A model generated the notes under the pieces. The model had not been told where the DNA came from. It saw only the letters and a program-made list of their open reading frames with translations, and ran no database searches. A stretch of 47,018 nt of DNA. It comes from a virus. Lineage: Duplodnaviria; Caudoviricetes. Each line of letters starts with the position of its first letter. The stretch's first letter is position 1. The position numbers and the translations under genes are program-made. Below, one piece after another: positions 25,961-34,830 of the stretch. The DNA lies in IMG/VR virus record IMGVR_UViG_3300043478_000062, positions 1 to 47,018 of that record; one strand, 5' to 3'.

Positions 25961-26808
25961 TGCGCCCGGCCCATCTGAGTCACAGTGCCCGGGAAACGCT
26001 GAACCGGTGCGCCAAGTCTTATTTCCTCAGATACTTCACTCCGGCGCCGAGGCGCCCGGCCCTGTGGTCGGCCGGCGGCTCCGCCGTCCACGAGGTGACG
26101 GAGGCGTACGACAGGGACTCGGTGAAGCTGGGCGGCACGCCGGACTGGGACGAGTACACCGTGCATCGCAGCTGGCAGGAGCGCTTCGTCTTCCAGCTCG
26201 ACGAGGCCCGCAGGGTGGACCCCAACGAGTGGAACTGGGGCCGCTCTCCGAGCGAGCCGATCGAGGTCTGGAACGTCAACGGCCCGAAGTTCATCCAGTC
26301 GTACATCGACTGGCGCAAGCGGTCGCCGTACACGATCTGGACCACGCCGGACGGCGTGCCCGCGATCGAGCTGAACGTGTCGGGCATGCTGCCCGGCTGT
26401 CCTGTTGAGATCAAGGGCTACGTGGACCGGATCTTTCATGACCCGGTCTTCGACAGGCTCATTGACGTGGACCTCAAGTCCGGGAAAAGGCCGCCGAAGA
26501 ACGGCGACCAGTTCGGCACGTACAACGCCCTTATGCAGGTCAAGTACGGAGTCGAGACCGCCCTGGGTGTGCCGTTCCTGAACCGCCGGGGCACGCTCGG
26601 CAAGCCGTACGAGCTTGCCGCGTACACGCCGGAGGCCGTGGGCGAGGTCTTCGCCCAGGCGTGGGCGAAGATCCAGACCGGGGAGTTCACGGCGGACACA
26701 TCGGACTGCTTCATCTGTGATGTGGCGTCGTCCTGCGCCGCCAAGGGCGGCCCCCTGGCCTCCCGCTACGACCCGGATCACGAGAACTACGAACATCCCC
26801 CTTTCTGA
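25960..26808 (+). CDS. Cas4/RecB-like PD-(D/E)XK exonuclease
   Basis: LSHS...C; GSAVH; GYVDRI...VDLKSG; QFGTY; C-terminal CFICDVASSC Fe-S-type cysteines. Confidence 0.88.
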   Translation: MRPAHLSHSARETLNRCAKSYFLRYFTPAPRRPALWSAGGSAVHEVTEAYDRDSVKLGGTPDWDEYTVHRSWQERFVFQLDEARRVDPNEWNWGRSPSEPIEVWNVNGPKFIQSYIDWRKRSPYTIWTTPDGVPAIELNVSGMLPGCPVEIKGYVDRIFHDPVFDRLIDVDLKSGKRPPKNGDQFGTYNALMQVKYGVETALGVPFLNRRGTLGKPYELAAYTPEAVGEVFAQAWAKIQTGEFTADTSDCFICDVASSCAAKGGPLASRYDPDHENYEHPPF

Positions 26809-26823
26809 CCAAGGAGAGACTTC

Positions 26824-27060
26824 ATGCTGCTCATCATCAGCATCTGCCTCACGGCCCTGGGCCTGCTGGCCCTGGTCCGCAAGAACAAGGTGCCCGCGTG
26901 GTGCCTGCTCGCTGCGGCCAACGGCGTTTCGCTGGCCGACGGCATCCGCCGGAGTGACCCCTTCGCCGTCGTCTGGGCCGCCGTAGCGCTGGCCATCATC
27001 GCCGCGTACGGCGTCTTCCACGTCCTGTGGGTCCGCCGCCTGACACCCGGGGCCAAGTGA
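26824..27060 (+). CDS. membrane protein (78 aa)
   Basis: Hydrophobic segments; AAGGAG RBS. Confidence 0.72.
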   Translation: MLLIISICLTALGLLALVRKNKVPAWCLLAAANGVSLADGIRRSDPFAVVWAAVALAIIAAYGVFHVLWVRRLTPGAK

Positions 27061-27323
27061 GGGCCCCTCTGGCCCTCCTGGCCGCCTTCCTGGCGGGCTT
27101 AACCGCCGCCTGCGGCTCTGACCAGGCTTTTTCCTGGTACCAGGAAAAAGTAACCGCCGGTAAGCCGCGGCCAGCCGCCCTTGCGGGCGAGATTGTCAGG
27201 CGGAGCCACGGGCTCCTGATCGTCCTGCGGGACGACCTGACGGCAGTTCTGATCAACGACAGGCAGGCGTACCGCGCCTGCCTTTTGCATGCCCGATACC
27301 CCGAGTGCCGGGAGAGGAAATGA
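27057..27323 (+). CDS. putative lipoprotein (88 aa); TTA at codon 15
   Basis: MRAPLALLAAFLAGLTAA-C signal peptide with lipobox; GTGA coupling. Confidence 0.65.
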   Translation: MRAPLALLAAFLAGLTAACGSDQAFSWYQEKVTAGKPRPAALAGEIVRRSHGLLIVLRDDLTAVLINDRQAYRACLLHARYPECRERK

Positions 27324-27556
27324 CCATCAACGAGGCGGCCTTCGCCGACCTGGTGTCGGCGGACACCGCCGGGGAGCCGGAGGCCCTGCACTACGTGTGC
27401 GCCGGGTGCTTCCCGGTTCCCCGGCCCGGGAATCTCGCCCTCTGCGGCTACGTCTGCCGCGAGGGCGAGCTGGAGCCGACTCCGGCCGGCAAGCACAAGT
27501 GCGCCAAGTGCCTGGCGTGGAACGCGCGGGCCACCTGGCCCTGCGGCCACCGGTGA
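27320..27556 (+). CDS. small zinc-finger-like protein (78 aa)
   Basis: H..CAGC...LCG...CAKC. Confidence 0.68.
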   Translation: MTINEAAFADLVSADTAGEPEALHYVCAGCFPVPRPGNLALCGYVCREGELEPTPAGKHKCAKCLAWNARATWPCGHR

Positions 27557-28287
27557 CCTGGGACCAGCAGGACGTCAACGCTCTGAATCTGATCGGGTCC
27601 GCGCTGGGCCCGATCCGTGTGCTGAAGATCGAGGAGAACCGCATGACCGAGCAGGACAGCCAGGACTGGAACGAAGAAGACCAGGCGGCGCCCGCCCCCG
27701 GCGGCGCCACGTATCCGGAGTACCCCTACTCCCTGGCGGACCACGTCTACACGTGGTCCCCGAGGCTCCCCGATGGCAGCATGATGGTCATTCGGTCCAA
27801 CACGGCCGAAGGCCTGGCCGAAGCGACGGAGGCCCTGGCCGCTGTCACCGGGCGCCTGCGGGCGGCCTGGGCGCAGGCCACCGGGGTGCCGGTGCCCGTG
27901 AACCAGTTCCCTGCACAGACGGCTCCGCCGTTCGGGCCCAACGTGTCAGTGCCGCAGGCACCGGGCTACCAGGGTCCGCCGGTGCCTGCGGCACCGCAGT
28001 GGGGCGGAGCCCCCCAGCCCCCGGCTCAGCCGCAGTGGGGCGGCCAGCAGGCCGCACAGGGGCAGCGCAAGGAGTACCCGGCCCCGCAGGGCTGGTACCG
28101 GCTGACCGGCCAGAAGGCCCAGGTGGACACCGTTGCCCAGCTGGCCGGGGTGCCCAAGGGCAACCCGGGCAAGGGCGGCATGTACAACTTCTTCGGCCTG
28201 ACCCCCTCGGGCCAGCCGGGCAAGGCATGGTACTGCGATCCGCAGGTTGCCCAGGTCTTCGCTCAGCTCAACCCGGTGGTCGGCTGA
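27553..28287 (+). CDS. Pro/Gln-rich protein in the replication module (possible ssDNA-binding/annealing role)
   Basis: Between the exonuclease and helicase; start uncertain (27553 or 27643); function inferred from position. Confidence 0.6.
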   Translation: MTWDQQDVNALNLIGSALGPIRVLKIEENRMTEQDSQDWNEEDQAAPAPGGATYPEYPYSLADHVYTWSPRLPDGSMMVIRSNTAEGLAEATEALAAVTGRLRAAWAQATGVPVPVNQFPAQTAPPFGPNVSVPQAPGYQGPPVPAAPQWGGAPQPPAQPQWGGQQAAQGQRKEYPAPQGWYRLTGQKAQVDTVAQLAGVPKGNPGKGGMYNFFGLTPSGQPGKAWYCDPQVAQVFAQLNPVVG

Positions 28288-28556
28288 TGGGCGACGAGGG
28301 GCTCCCCGTGCTCGGGGCCGCGACGGAACCCAGTCCATCCGCCAAGCTCATGGCGGCAGTCAGCCAGACGGGCATGAGTTCCGATGAGGCGTACCACTAC
28401 CTGGACTCGCACGACGCCCTCAGGGCGCACCAATCCGCCGTTAAGCTGCGGAAACTGGCGGCGCTGTACAGAGCCTTCCGCTCCCAGCACATGGGTTACG
28501 TCGCGGAAGGCTTTGAGCAGGCCGCTGAGCTGATCGACCCGGAGGGCCAGTCGTGA
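28287..28556 (+). CDS. hypothetical protein (89 aa)
   Basis: TGATG coupling. Confidence 0.65.
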   Translation: MGDEGLPVLGAATEPSPSAKLMAAVSQTGMSSDEAYHYLDSHDALRAHQSAVKLRKLAALYRAFRSQHMGYVAEGFEQAAELIDPEGQS

Positions 28557-28876
28557 GCGATGGCCTGGTCACGTTCGTTCTGCTCCCGGACGCTCGGGAG
28601 AGCGAGGGGCCTGTGACCCGGATCAACAACTGGATCCGGGCGAAAAATGTCAGTACCTGGCAGTACACTCCGCCGTTCCGGCCCGTCCGGATGGCGGGCC
28701 CGCGCGCCTGGCACACGTACGGCCTGGACGACATGGCGTCCACGGACATCATGATGGACCTGCTCAGGTTGGGCGACTGGGAATACCCGGCCATAGTCGC
28801 CCTGCGGGGCGACAGCGAGAACCGGTGGTCCTGGGTGACTCTGGGCCTGACCGTGCCCGAGCTGGGCGAGGAATGA
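28553..28876 (+). CDS. hypothetical protein (107 aa)
   Basis: GTGA coupling; GGAGG RBS. Confidence 0.7.
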   Translation: MSDGLVTFVLLPDARESEGPVTRINNWIRAKNVSTWQYTPPFRPVRMAGPRAWHTYGLDDMASTDIMMDLLRLGDWEYPAIVALRGDSENRWSWVTLGLTVPELGEE

Positions 28877-28900
28877 GCACGCTCAGGACCGGGCATCGTC

Positions 28901-29731
28901 ATGCAGACGCTCTCTAGGAGCGTCGGCCGCAACGAGGCCGCGGCCGAGCCGCTGCCCATGCCGTTCACGAGCTGGCAGGAGCGGGGCATCCGGTTCCGGC
29001 GGTCATCGGTTTCGATGATCGCCGGGCTCCCGGCCAGCTTCAAGACCATGCTGACGCTGAATGTCCTGGTCGGCATGAGGGTGCCGACTCTGGCCTTCAA
29101 CACGGACTCGTCCCTGGAGACGGTCCGTGCCCGCCTGCTGGCGATAGCCAGCAGCAGGCCCACGGACGAGACGGAGGCGTGGCCCTTCAGCCAGCCGCAG
29201 AAGGCGGCTGAACTGCTCAGCGCGTACGACTTCCTGAAGTTCGACTTCCGCCCCGATCCGTCCCTGGACCACATCTGGGGCGAAGTCGACGCGTATGCCG
29301 AGATGCACGGCCAGTGGCCGGAACAGATCGCCATCGACATTATTTCTGACGTCGCCTATGACGTCGGAGACGAGTGGGCGACACTGCGCGATCTGATGCG
29401 CCAGTCCAAGGTTCTCGCCAGGGCCACGGGCGCGCACGTGCTCCTGGTACACCATGCCGCCGACAGTCCGAGCACGAAGCGGCCCTGTCCGCGCCGCTCG
29501 GACATCCACGGCAAGGTCGCAGCCATTCCGGAACTCATCATCACGTGCGGGATGGATGACCAGGGGCGGCTGAACGTCGCCGCCGTCAAGAACAGGCACG
29601 CCAGGGCGGACAAGGACGCTAACGCGTACTTCCAGATGGACCTGCACGCGGAACGCGCCTACGTCGGGGACCACATACACATCCCGTACGGGCTCCACTA
29701 CGGCGGAGCCTACGGCGGAAGGGACGACTGA
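28901..29731 (+). CDS. DnaB-like (SF4/AAA) replicative helicase
   Basis: Degenerate Walker A IAGLPASFKT; IAIDI Walker B; LKxLA-like motif SKVLARATGAHVLLVHH; VKNRH. Confidence 0.85.
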   Translation: MQTLSRSVGRNEAAAEPLPMPFTSWQERGIRFRRSSVSMIAGLPASFKTMLTLNVLVGMRVPTLAFNTDSSLETVRARLLAIASSRPTDETEAWPFSQPQKAAELLSAYDFLKFDFRPDPSLDHIWGEVDAYAEMHGQWPEQIAIDIISDVAYDVGDEWATLRDLMRQSKVLARATGAHVLLVHHAADSPSTKRPCPRRSDIHGKVAAIPELIITCGMDDQGRLNVAAVKNRHARADKDANAYFQMDLHAERAYVGDHIHIPYGLHYGGAYGGRDD

Positions 29732-29732
29732 A

Positions 29733-30362
29733 ATGAAGATCTACTGGAAAGCCGTGAGACCAGACGGCACCGATTTTCACACCGGCACTGTCGACTACGC
29801 CGGAGCCCTGGCCACCGGCAAGCCGGTGGCGCGCAAGCCGCTCCGGACGGTTTTCGCATGCTGCACGGACGGCGTGTACCACGCCTCTGACGCGGCGGCG
29901 GAAACGCTGATCGGTGGTAGCTGGCCGTGCAGGCTTTTTCAGGTGAGCGGCCGTCCCGTGGTCCAGCAAGGCCATAAACGGGGCTTTCGCTCGCTGCGAG
30001 TACTGCGAGAGGTCCCCGCGCATCTGGCACTGGGGCCCAATGGCGAGCAGGTGGCGGCTCTGATCGCCCAGGCGTCCCGGATATCGCCCGAACAGGCGGC
30101 CCAGCTGAACGCCGCCCGGGGCGCCGCCCGGGAGGCTGCCTGGGGCGCGCCCGGGATCGGCGCCGAGTACGCCGCCTGGGAGGCTGCCCGAGACGCCGCC
30201 CGGGGCGCCGCCCGGGACGCCGTCTGGGACGCCGCCCGGGTTACCGCCGGGGTCGCCAGCCGGGCGGCGACCGGTCTCTTGGTCCGGGACCTGGTCAGCA
30301 GCGAGGTGTTCGACACGCTGTACGGCCCCTGGGCCTCGGTTATGTCCCCGGAGGCGACATGA
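29733..30362 (+). CDS. hypothetical protein with AARxAAW tetrapeptide repeats
   Basis: 12-nt tandem repeats at about 30110-30245; common actinophage family pattern. Confidence 0.75.
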   Translation: MKIYWKAVRPDGTDFHTGTVDYAGALATGKPVARKPLRTVFACCTDGVYHASDAAAETLIGGSWPCRLFQVSGRPVVQQGHKRGFRSLRVLREVPAHLALGPNGEQVAALIAQASRISPEQAAQLNAARGAAREAAWGAPGIGAEYAAWEAARDAARGAARDAVWDAARVTAGVASRAATGLLVRDLVSSEVFDTLYGPWASVMSPEAT

Positions 30363-30475
30363 AGAGCCTGATCAGGAAACTGCTCGGGCGGGGGCCCGCC
30401 CCCGCCCCCCGGGGTGAGTGCGACTGCGGAGCTTTCGTGCTCCGCTGCCCGATCTGCCACGGTGGTGGCAGATGA
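30359..30475 (+). CDS. small Cys-rich peptide (38 aa)
   Basis: ATGA coupling at both ends; CDC...CPICHG. Confidence 0.55.
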   Translation: MKSLIRKLLGRGPAPAPRGECDCGAFVLRCPICHGGGR

Positions 30476-30669
30476 ACCCCCTGACCCTGCGTGAACTGGA
30501 GCTGCGCAGGGCGCAGCTCGCGGAGCGCGCCGAGAAGAGGCGCCAGGAATGGCGCAGTACGTCCTCCGTGAGTCCCAGGGCCCTGTCCCTGGGCAAGGAG
30601 GTCAAGGCGCTCCAGGAGCGCGCTGACGACCTCGCGGCCCTGCTCCGGGTGGCGGAGGGAATGACGTGA
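30472..30669 (+). CDS. coiled-coil hypothetical protein (65 aa)
   Basis: Coupled start. Confidence 0.62.
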   Translation: MNPLTLRELELRRAQLAERAEKRRQEWRSTSSVSPRALSLGKEVKALQERADDLAALLRVAEGMT

Positions 30670-31025
30670 AGATCCTGGTTACGGGCTCCCGGTCTTGGCC
30701 CACGGCCAAGACCGTGTACGACGCCCTGAATGACGTGCTCATGGAGTACGGGCCCTTCATCCTGATGCACGGTGCCTGCGGCACCGGCGCCGACTTCTTT
30801 GCCTCGCAGTGGGCGAAAGCCCACCCCGAGGTTGCCGAGGACCGGTTCCCCGCGGACTGGGAAGGCCGCGGCCGGGCCGCGGGCCCGGAGCGCAACAAGC
30901 GCATGGTGCCCGCGGGAGCGGACCTGGTCCTGGCGTTCCCGCTGCCCGACGGCAGGGGAACGCAGAACACGATGACCCTCGCCCGCGATGCGGGCATCCC
31001 GATCCAGACCTGGGGGATGCTGTGA
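30666..31025 (+). CDS. SLOG superfamily (YspA/DUF2493-like) protein
   Basis: ILVTGSRSW...HGAC.TGAD...ADW...AAGPERNKRMV...GT. Confidence 0.88.
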   Translation: MKILVTGSRSWPTAKTVYDALNDVLMEYGPFILMHGACGTGADFFASQWAKAHPEVAEDRFPADWEGRGRAAGPERNKRMVPAGADLVLAFPLPDGRGTQNTMTLARDAGIPIQTWGML

Positions 31026-31183
31026 GCTGCCCCTCCGGAAAGCTCCGGTACCGCGACGAACTGGCGGCCAGGCTCACGCTTGCCGCAGTCCGTCCCAGGC
31101 ATGAGCGGCGCGAGAAGTCCGAGAAGCGGGCCTACCGGTGCCCGGCCTGCAACGGCTGGCACCTGACGTCCAAGAGGAGATAA
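31022..31183 (+). CDS. small Zn-binding protein (53 aa, RAYRCPACNGWHLTS)
   Basis: C.SGK.RY...YRC..C.GWHLTS pattern typical of small actinophage proteins. Confidence 0.75.
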   Translation: MSCPSGKLRYRDELAARLTLAAVRPRHERREKSEKRAYRCPACNGWHLTSKRR

Positions 31184-31184
31184 C

Positions 31185-31454
31185 ATGAGCGAGATCACGT
31201 TCGAAGCCCCGCCGTCCCCCCGACGGGGGGACGCCAGGCACGGGTCCATTGCGGCGCAGCTGCGCGACTGGCCGGACCGGTGGGCCCGCGTGGCGGCGTA
31301 CAGCACGCCGCACGGCGCCTGGAACACGGCGTACGCGATACGCAACGGACGCCTGCGGGCGTACGAACCGGCGGGCTCCTTCGAGGCCGCGGCCCGGACC
31401 GTGGACGGTGTCCACGTGGTGTACGTCCGCTACATGGGGCAGGGCAGGCCCTGA
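31185..31454 (+). CDS. hypothetical protein (89 aa)
   Basis: GAGGAG RBS. Confidence 0.75.
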   Translation: MSEITFEAPPSPRRGDARHGSIAAQLRDWPDRWARVAAYSTPHGAWNTAYAIRNGRLRAYEPAGSFEAAARTVDGVHVVYVRYMGQGRP

Positions 31455-31696
31455 TGGGCGACCTGCACTACCTGCCCCTGCGGGGCAGGGATCTGCCGCC
31501 GGTCGAGACCGTTGAGCTCTCCGGGCCCGGCATGACTGCGGCCCTGCGCCGCAGGGCCCGGGTCTACAAGGTAAGCGGGTACTGGAGCTGGGAGCACGAC
31601 TGCCCCGGACGGTCCCGGCCGGTCCTTGGGCATGCGCACGGCACCGTGCAGAGCGCATTCAGGTTCGCCGCGGACCACGCCAGGCGGTGCCCGTGA
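31454..31696 (+). CDS. hypothetical protein (80 aa)
   Basis: TGATG coupling. Confidence 0.6.
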   Translation: MGDLHYLPLRGRDLPPVETVELSGPGMTAALRRRARVYKVSGYWSWEHDCPGRSRPVLGHAHGTVQSAFRFAADHARRCP

Positions 31697-31878
31697 GCGA
31701 CAGGGAGCGCCTGCTGGCGCTGCTCAGGGACTTCGGCGTGACGCCGAGCGCCAATGCCGACGCCGGGGATGTCGAGCTGGCGCCGGGGGAGGGAGGCGTG
31801 AACGGCTACTGGGGCCTCGTGTGCGCCTTCCGGTTCACACCCGAAGGTGCATTCAAGGGCGTGGGGGTATGGGAGTGA
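31693..31878 (+). CDS. hypothetical protein (61 aa)
   Basis: GTGA coupling. Confidence 0.65.
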   Translation: MSDRERLLALLRDFGVTPSANADAGDVELAPGEGGVNGYWGLVCAFRFTPEGAFKGVGVWE

Positions 31879-32282
31879 GTACCAAGTCGAAGGCCACCGG
31901 AACGGCGGCCGAGACCGCCGTCGTGCGGTACCTCCAGAGCTGGTGGCCGGCGGCGGAGCGCCGGGCCCTTTCGGGCAGCAAGGACAAGGGCGACATTGCC
32001 GGGATACCCGGGACCGTGATCGAGGTGAAGGCCGCTGCACGGCTGGAGCTGGCCGCCTGGAGGCGGGAGACCTGGGCGGAGATGGAGCACGCAGGCGCTA
32101 GCACCTGCGTGCTAGTGGTTAAGCGGTCCTACAAGCCCGTAGGCCAGTGGGACGCGTTTATTCCGCAGACCCTCCTGCCCGGACCGCTCGCGGAGATCAA
32201 CGAAGAAAGTGAGGCTGAGTCTTGGCTTCGCATGGATCTTCGCCTGGCCGTCGCCATGATCGAGACGATTCAGAGCGCCTGA
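31875..32282 (+). CDS. Holliday junction resolvase (Hjc-like PD-(D/E)XK)
   Basis: SKATGTAAETAVVRYL...DKGDI...VIEVK. Confidence 0.85.
   Translation: MSTKSKATGTAAETAVVRYLQSWWPAAERRALSGSKDKGDIAGIPGTVIEVKAAARLELAAWRRETWAEMEHAGASTCVLVVKRSYKPVGQWDAFIPQTLLPGPLAEINEESEAESWLRMDLRLAVAMIETIQSA
32097..32116. promoter_or_regulatory. third, intragenic GCTAGC-N8-GCTAGT site upstream of the primase genes
   Basis: One mismatch to the 13876 and 43723 motifs; CTAG is otherwise rare in this genome. Confidence 0.45.
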
Positions 32283-32644
32283 GCCCGCTCCTGCGGGCCA
32301 CGCTGGAGCATTACGGCGTGGAGCTGCGCGGCGGCTCCCGCTGGGGCGAGCAGGCCGCCCTGTGCTGTGTGCACGGAGACAGGCGCCCTTCCATGCGGGT
32401 CAACCTGGAGAAGGGCGTCTTCTTCTGCAATACCTGCGACGCCAAAGGCACCGCGGTGGATCTGATCAGAGCAATGGAAGGCTGCACGCGTGAGGCTGCC
32501 GTCACCCGAGCAGAGGCTCTTGCTCGCGCAAGCGGCCTCGCAGTACCAGGCCGACCTGGCGGCCGATACCGCAGGCCAGGTCTATCTGAAGAGCCGGGGG
32601 TTTACCGAACAGGTCGCCGCTTCGTTCCGCCTGGGCGTAGTTAG
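32222..32644 (+). CDS. DNA primase N-terminal CHC2 zinc-finger subunit
   Basis: CCVHGDRRPSMRVN...FFCNTC..KGTAVDLI; start uncertain. Confidence 0.85.
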   Translation: MASHGSSPGRRHDRDDSERLSPLLRATLEHYGVELRGGSRWGEQAALCCVHGDRRPSMRVNLEKGVFFCNTCDAKGTAVDLIRAMEGCTREAAVTRAEALARASGLAVPGRPGGRYRRPGLSEEPGVYRTGRRFVPPGRS

Positions 32645-33131
32645 GACGCCCAGCCAGGGGCACGAGGGCTACCGGGGCCGCCTGGCCCTGCCCTACATGA
32701 CACCGGCAGGGCCGGTGAACTTCCGGTTCCGCTGCCTGCGGCAGCACGTATGCAAGGACGAGGGCTGCAAGAAATACCTGGGCCTTGAGGGGTTCGAAAC
32801 GAACCTCTACAACGTGCTGGATCTCAGCAGGCCGGGAGATGTGATCTGCGTCTGCGAAGGCGAACTGGACGCGATCACTCTGTCCGTCTGCGGCATCCCC
32901 GCCGTTGCGGTGCCTGGTGCGACCAACTTCAAGAAGCACCAGGCCAGATGCCTGGACGACTTCAGCCGGGTCCTGGTCCTGGGGGACCCGGACGACGCAG
33001 GCAGGGGCCTGAACAAGAAACTGATCAACGACGTACGGGCCATCCCCGTACGCATGCCCAAGGGACACGATGTGAACTCACTTTTCCTGGAAGGGGGGCG
33101 TGATGCCCTCGAACGACTCATCAGGGGATGA
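32490..33131 (+). CDS. DNA primase TOPRIM catalytic subunit
   Basis: YLKSRG; ICVCEGELDAI; VPGA; GDPDDAG; DVN. Confidence 0.9.
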   Translation: MRLPSPEQRLLLAQAASQYQADLAADTAGQVYLKSRGFTEQVAASFRLGVVRTPSQGHEGYRGRLALPYMTPAGPVNFRFRCLRQHVCKDEGCKKYLGLEGFETNLYNVLDLSRPGDVICVCEGELDAITLSVCGIPAVAVPGATNFKKHQARCLDDFSRVLVLGDPDDAGRGLNKKLINDVRAIPVRMPKGHDVNSLFLEGGRDALERLIRG

Positions 33132-33399
33132 GCCGCTGAGCGTAGCCCCATGCCCCAAGGGCGTGATGTGCACGCACGAAGATGAAGACGGCTTCTGGCC
33201 TGCGGGAAGCCTCTGGGGGCTGGTGCCGGACGCGGGCGTTGATGCCTGGGTTCTCGCCCAGCGCTGCCTGGAGCCGACCCTGCCGGAGGGGTACGAATGG
33301 GCGAGCAAGACACTCTATGTCCACCAGGGTCCGGTGGTCGGACTGACCCCGGAGCCACGCCGCAGCGTGGCCATCACCCGGGAGGTGAGACCGGCATGA
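33100..33399 (+). CDS. hypothetical protein (about 99 aa)
   Basis: G-rich RBS; fills the gap. Confidence 0.55.
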   Translation: MMPSNDSSGDEPLSVAPCPKGVMCTHEDEDGFWPAGSLWGLVPDAGVDAWVLAQRCLEPTLPEGYEWASKTLYVHQGPVVGLTPEPRRSVAITREVRPA

Positions 33400-34112
33400 C
33401 CGCCGATTCGGAGCCGAAGGGCTCCGTAAGGCCATCACCATATGACCCGTGCGAGGTCTGCGGTCACGCCCGCAGAAAGCATCGGCCGCCGGGGCAGTCA
33501 TCCTGCACGGGGTGCGACAACGGCACCTTTCACACCTTCGCCCCGGCGGGGACGAACACCTCGCTGCACAAATGGATACAGTGCAGCGCCTGCGGCCACC
33601 CCCAGCACTCCATGAAGTGCCGCTTCGGCGGCACGCCCAACTCCTGCGGCTGCCTGACGCTGACAGCCGTGAACGAGATCGCCCGGACCTGCCGCCTCGG
33701 GGGCGGGTGCCCCGAACACCCGGTGCTCCGGGACCTCCCGGAGCCGCAGGACCCCGCAAGCTCATCCGAAGATGAGAAGTGCCGGTGCGGCCACGCCCGC
33801 CGGTGGCACTACCAAGGCCGAGGCACCGTGCATTGCAATGACTGCGACAAGGGCAGGCAGCATGCCTTTACCCCGGAGTCACCCCCCGAGCCGGAGGCTC
33901 CGCGGGGCGAGCCTACGGACGGATGTCCGGAGAAGGCGCAGCCTGCCCGCCGGCCTCCGTACGCCGTGGCGTACGCCGTCGAGGGCGGAGTCGAGTACGA
34001 GATCGCCCTGTCGGGCGACGCCAGTGTCCGCGCCATAGACGGCGTCCTGGTCATCGCCCATTCCAGCGCCGTCCTGGCGCTGTCCAACGTGCGGCCCGTG
34101 GAGGGGCAGTGA
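33396..34112 (+). CDS. protein with three CGH-x4-H-xn-C metal-binding repeats (238 aa)
   Basis: CEVCGHARRKH...CTGC; CSACGHPQH...C; CRCGHARRWH...CNDC; GGAGG RBS. Confidence 0.72.
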   Translation: MTADSEPKGSVRPSPYDPCEVCGHARRKHRPPGQSSCTGCDNGTFHTFAPAGTNTSLHKWIQCSACGHPQHSMKCRFGGTPNSCGCLTLTAVNEIARTCRLGGGCPEHPVLRDLPEPQDPASSSEDEKCRCGHARRWHYQGRGTVHCNDCDKGRQHAFTPESPPEPEAPRGEPTDGCPEKAQPARRPPYAVAYAVEGGVEYEIALSGDASVRAIDGVLVIAHSSAVLALSNVRPVEGQ

Positions 34113-34324
34113 GCGCATACGAAGACCTGACCAACCAGTACGGCTCCGAGTCGGAGCACTGGCACGGTCTCCTGGCCGCCTTCGCCGCGGAGATCCGCAG
34201 GGAGGCGGCAGTCACCGTGCGGGGCATGACTCCGAAGTATCTGGACAACGAAGTGGACGCGGCCATCTTCCGCGCCCTGGACGCCGCTGCCGCGGCGGTC
34301 ACGAAGCCCGGCAAGGAGCACTGA
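34109..34324 (+). CDS. hypothetical protein (71 aa)
   Basis: GTGA coupling; GGAGG RBS. Confidence 0.68.
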   Translation: MSAYEDLTNQYGSESEHWHGLLAAFAAEIRREAAVTVRGMTPKYLDNEVDAAIFRALDAAAAAVTKPGKEH

Positions 34325-34632
34325 TGATCAGCCTGGTCAGCAAGACCCCGGTGAAGTTCCGCTGGGAGGACGACCTGTCAGAGACGGTCGTCGTGATCCA
34401 GCCGGACGACAGCTCAGAAACCGTCCAGGCCAAGCTCCAGCGTGTGCTGGAGCTGGAGACAGGCCGCAGCCTGCCCGTACGGCCCCTTGGGGCCGCCCCA
34501 GGGCCGCCCCAGCGGCCCCAGTTCACCCCGGCCGACAGGGCGGCCGAGGAGGCCCGCCTGGCGGGAGTGCAGGCCATGGGCTGGAACGAGGACCTCTCCG
34601 AGAGCGATATCGAGAACCTGCCGGAGTGGTGA
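34324..34632 (+). CDS. hypothetical protein (102 aa)
   Basis: AAGGAG RBS; TGATG coupling. Confidence 0.72.
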   Translation: MISLVSKTPVKFRWEDDLSETVVVIQPDDSSETVQAKLQRVLELETGRSLPVRPLGAAPGPPQRPQFTPADRAAEEARLAGVQAMGWNEDLSESDIENLPEW

Positions 34633-34641
34633 AGTACACGG

Positions 34642-34830
34642 ATGAAAAAGCGCTTCGTCCTGGCCCTGTGCCATCACGACGCCCGCGGCGTCATTCAGGC
34701 GTTCGGGCCCTACGAGACCGAAGAGGCGGCCCAGGCCGCCGAAACAGAGATCTACGACATCGTCAACTACTGCGGAAACACGGGACGCTTCGAGGTCACG
34801 CCCTGCTGTGACCTGACCCTGGAGGACTGA
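34642..34830 (+). CDS. hypothetical protein (62 aa)
   Basis: Operon context. Confidence 0.65.
   Translation: MKKRFVLALCHHDARGVIQAFGPYETEEAAQAAETEIYDIVNYCGNTGRFEVTPCCDLTLED

Noticed and set aside
30110-30245. GCCGCCCGGG-type tandem repeats as a regulatory or diversity-generating element
   Set aside because: They encode the AARxAAW protein repeat; no reverse transcriptase or template/variable repeat pair seen
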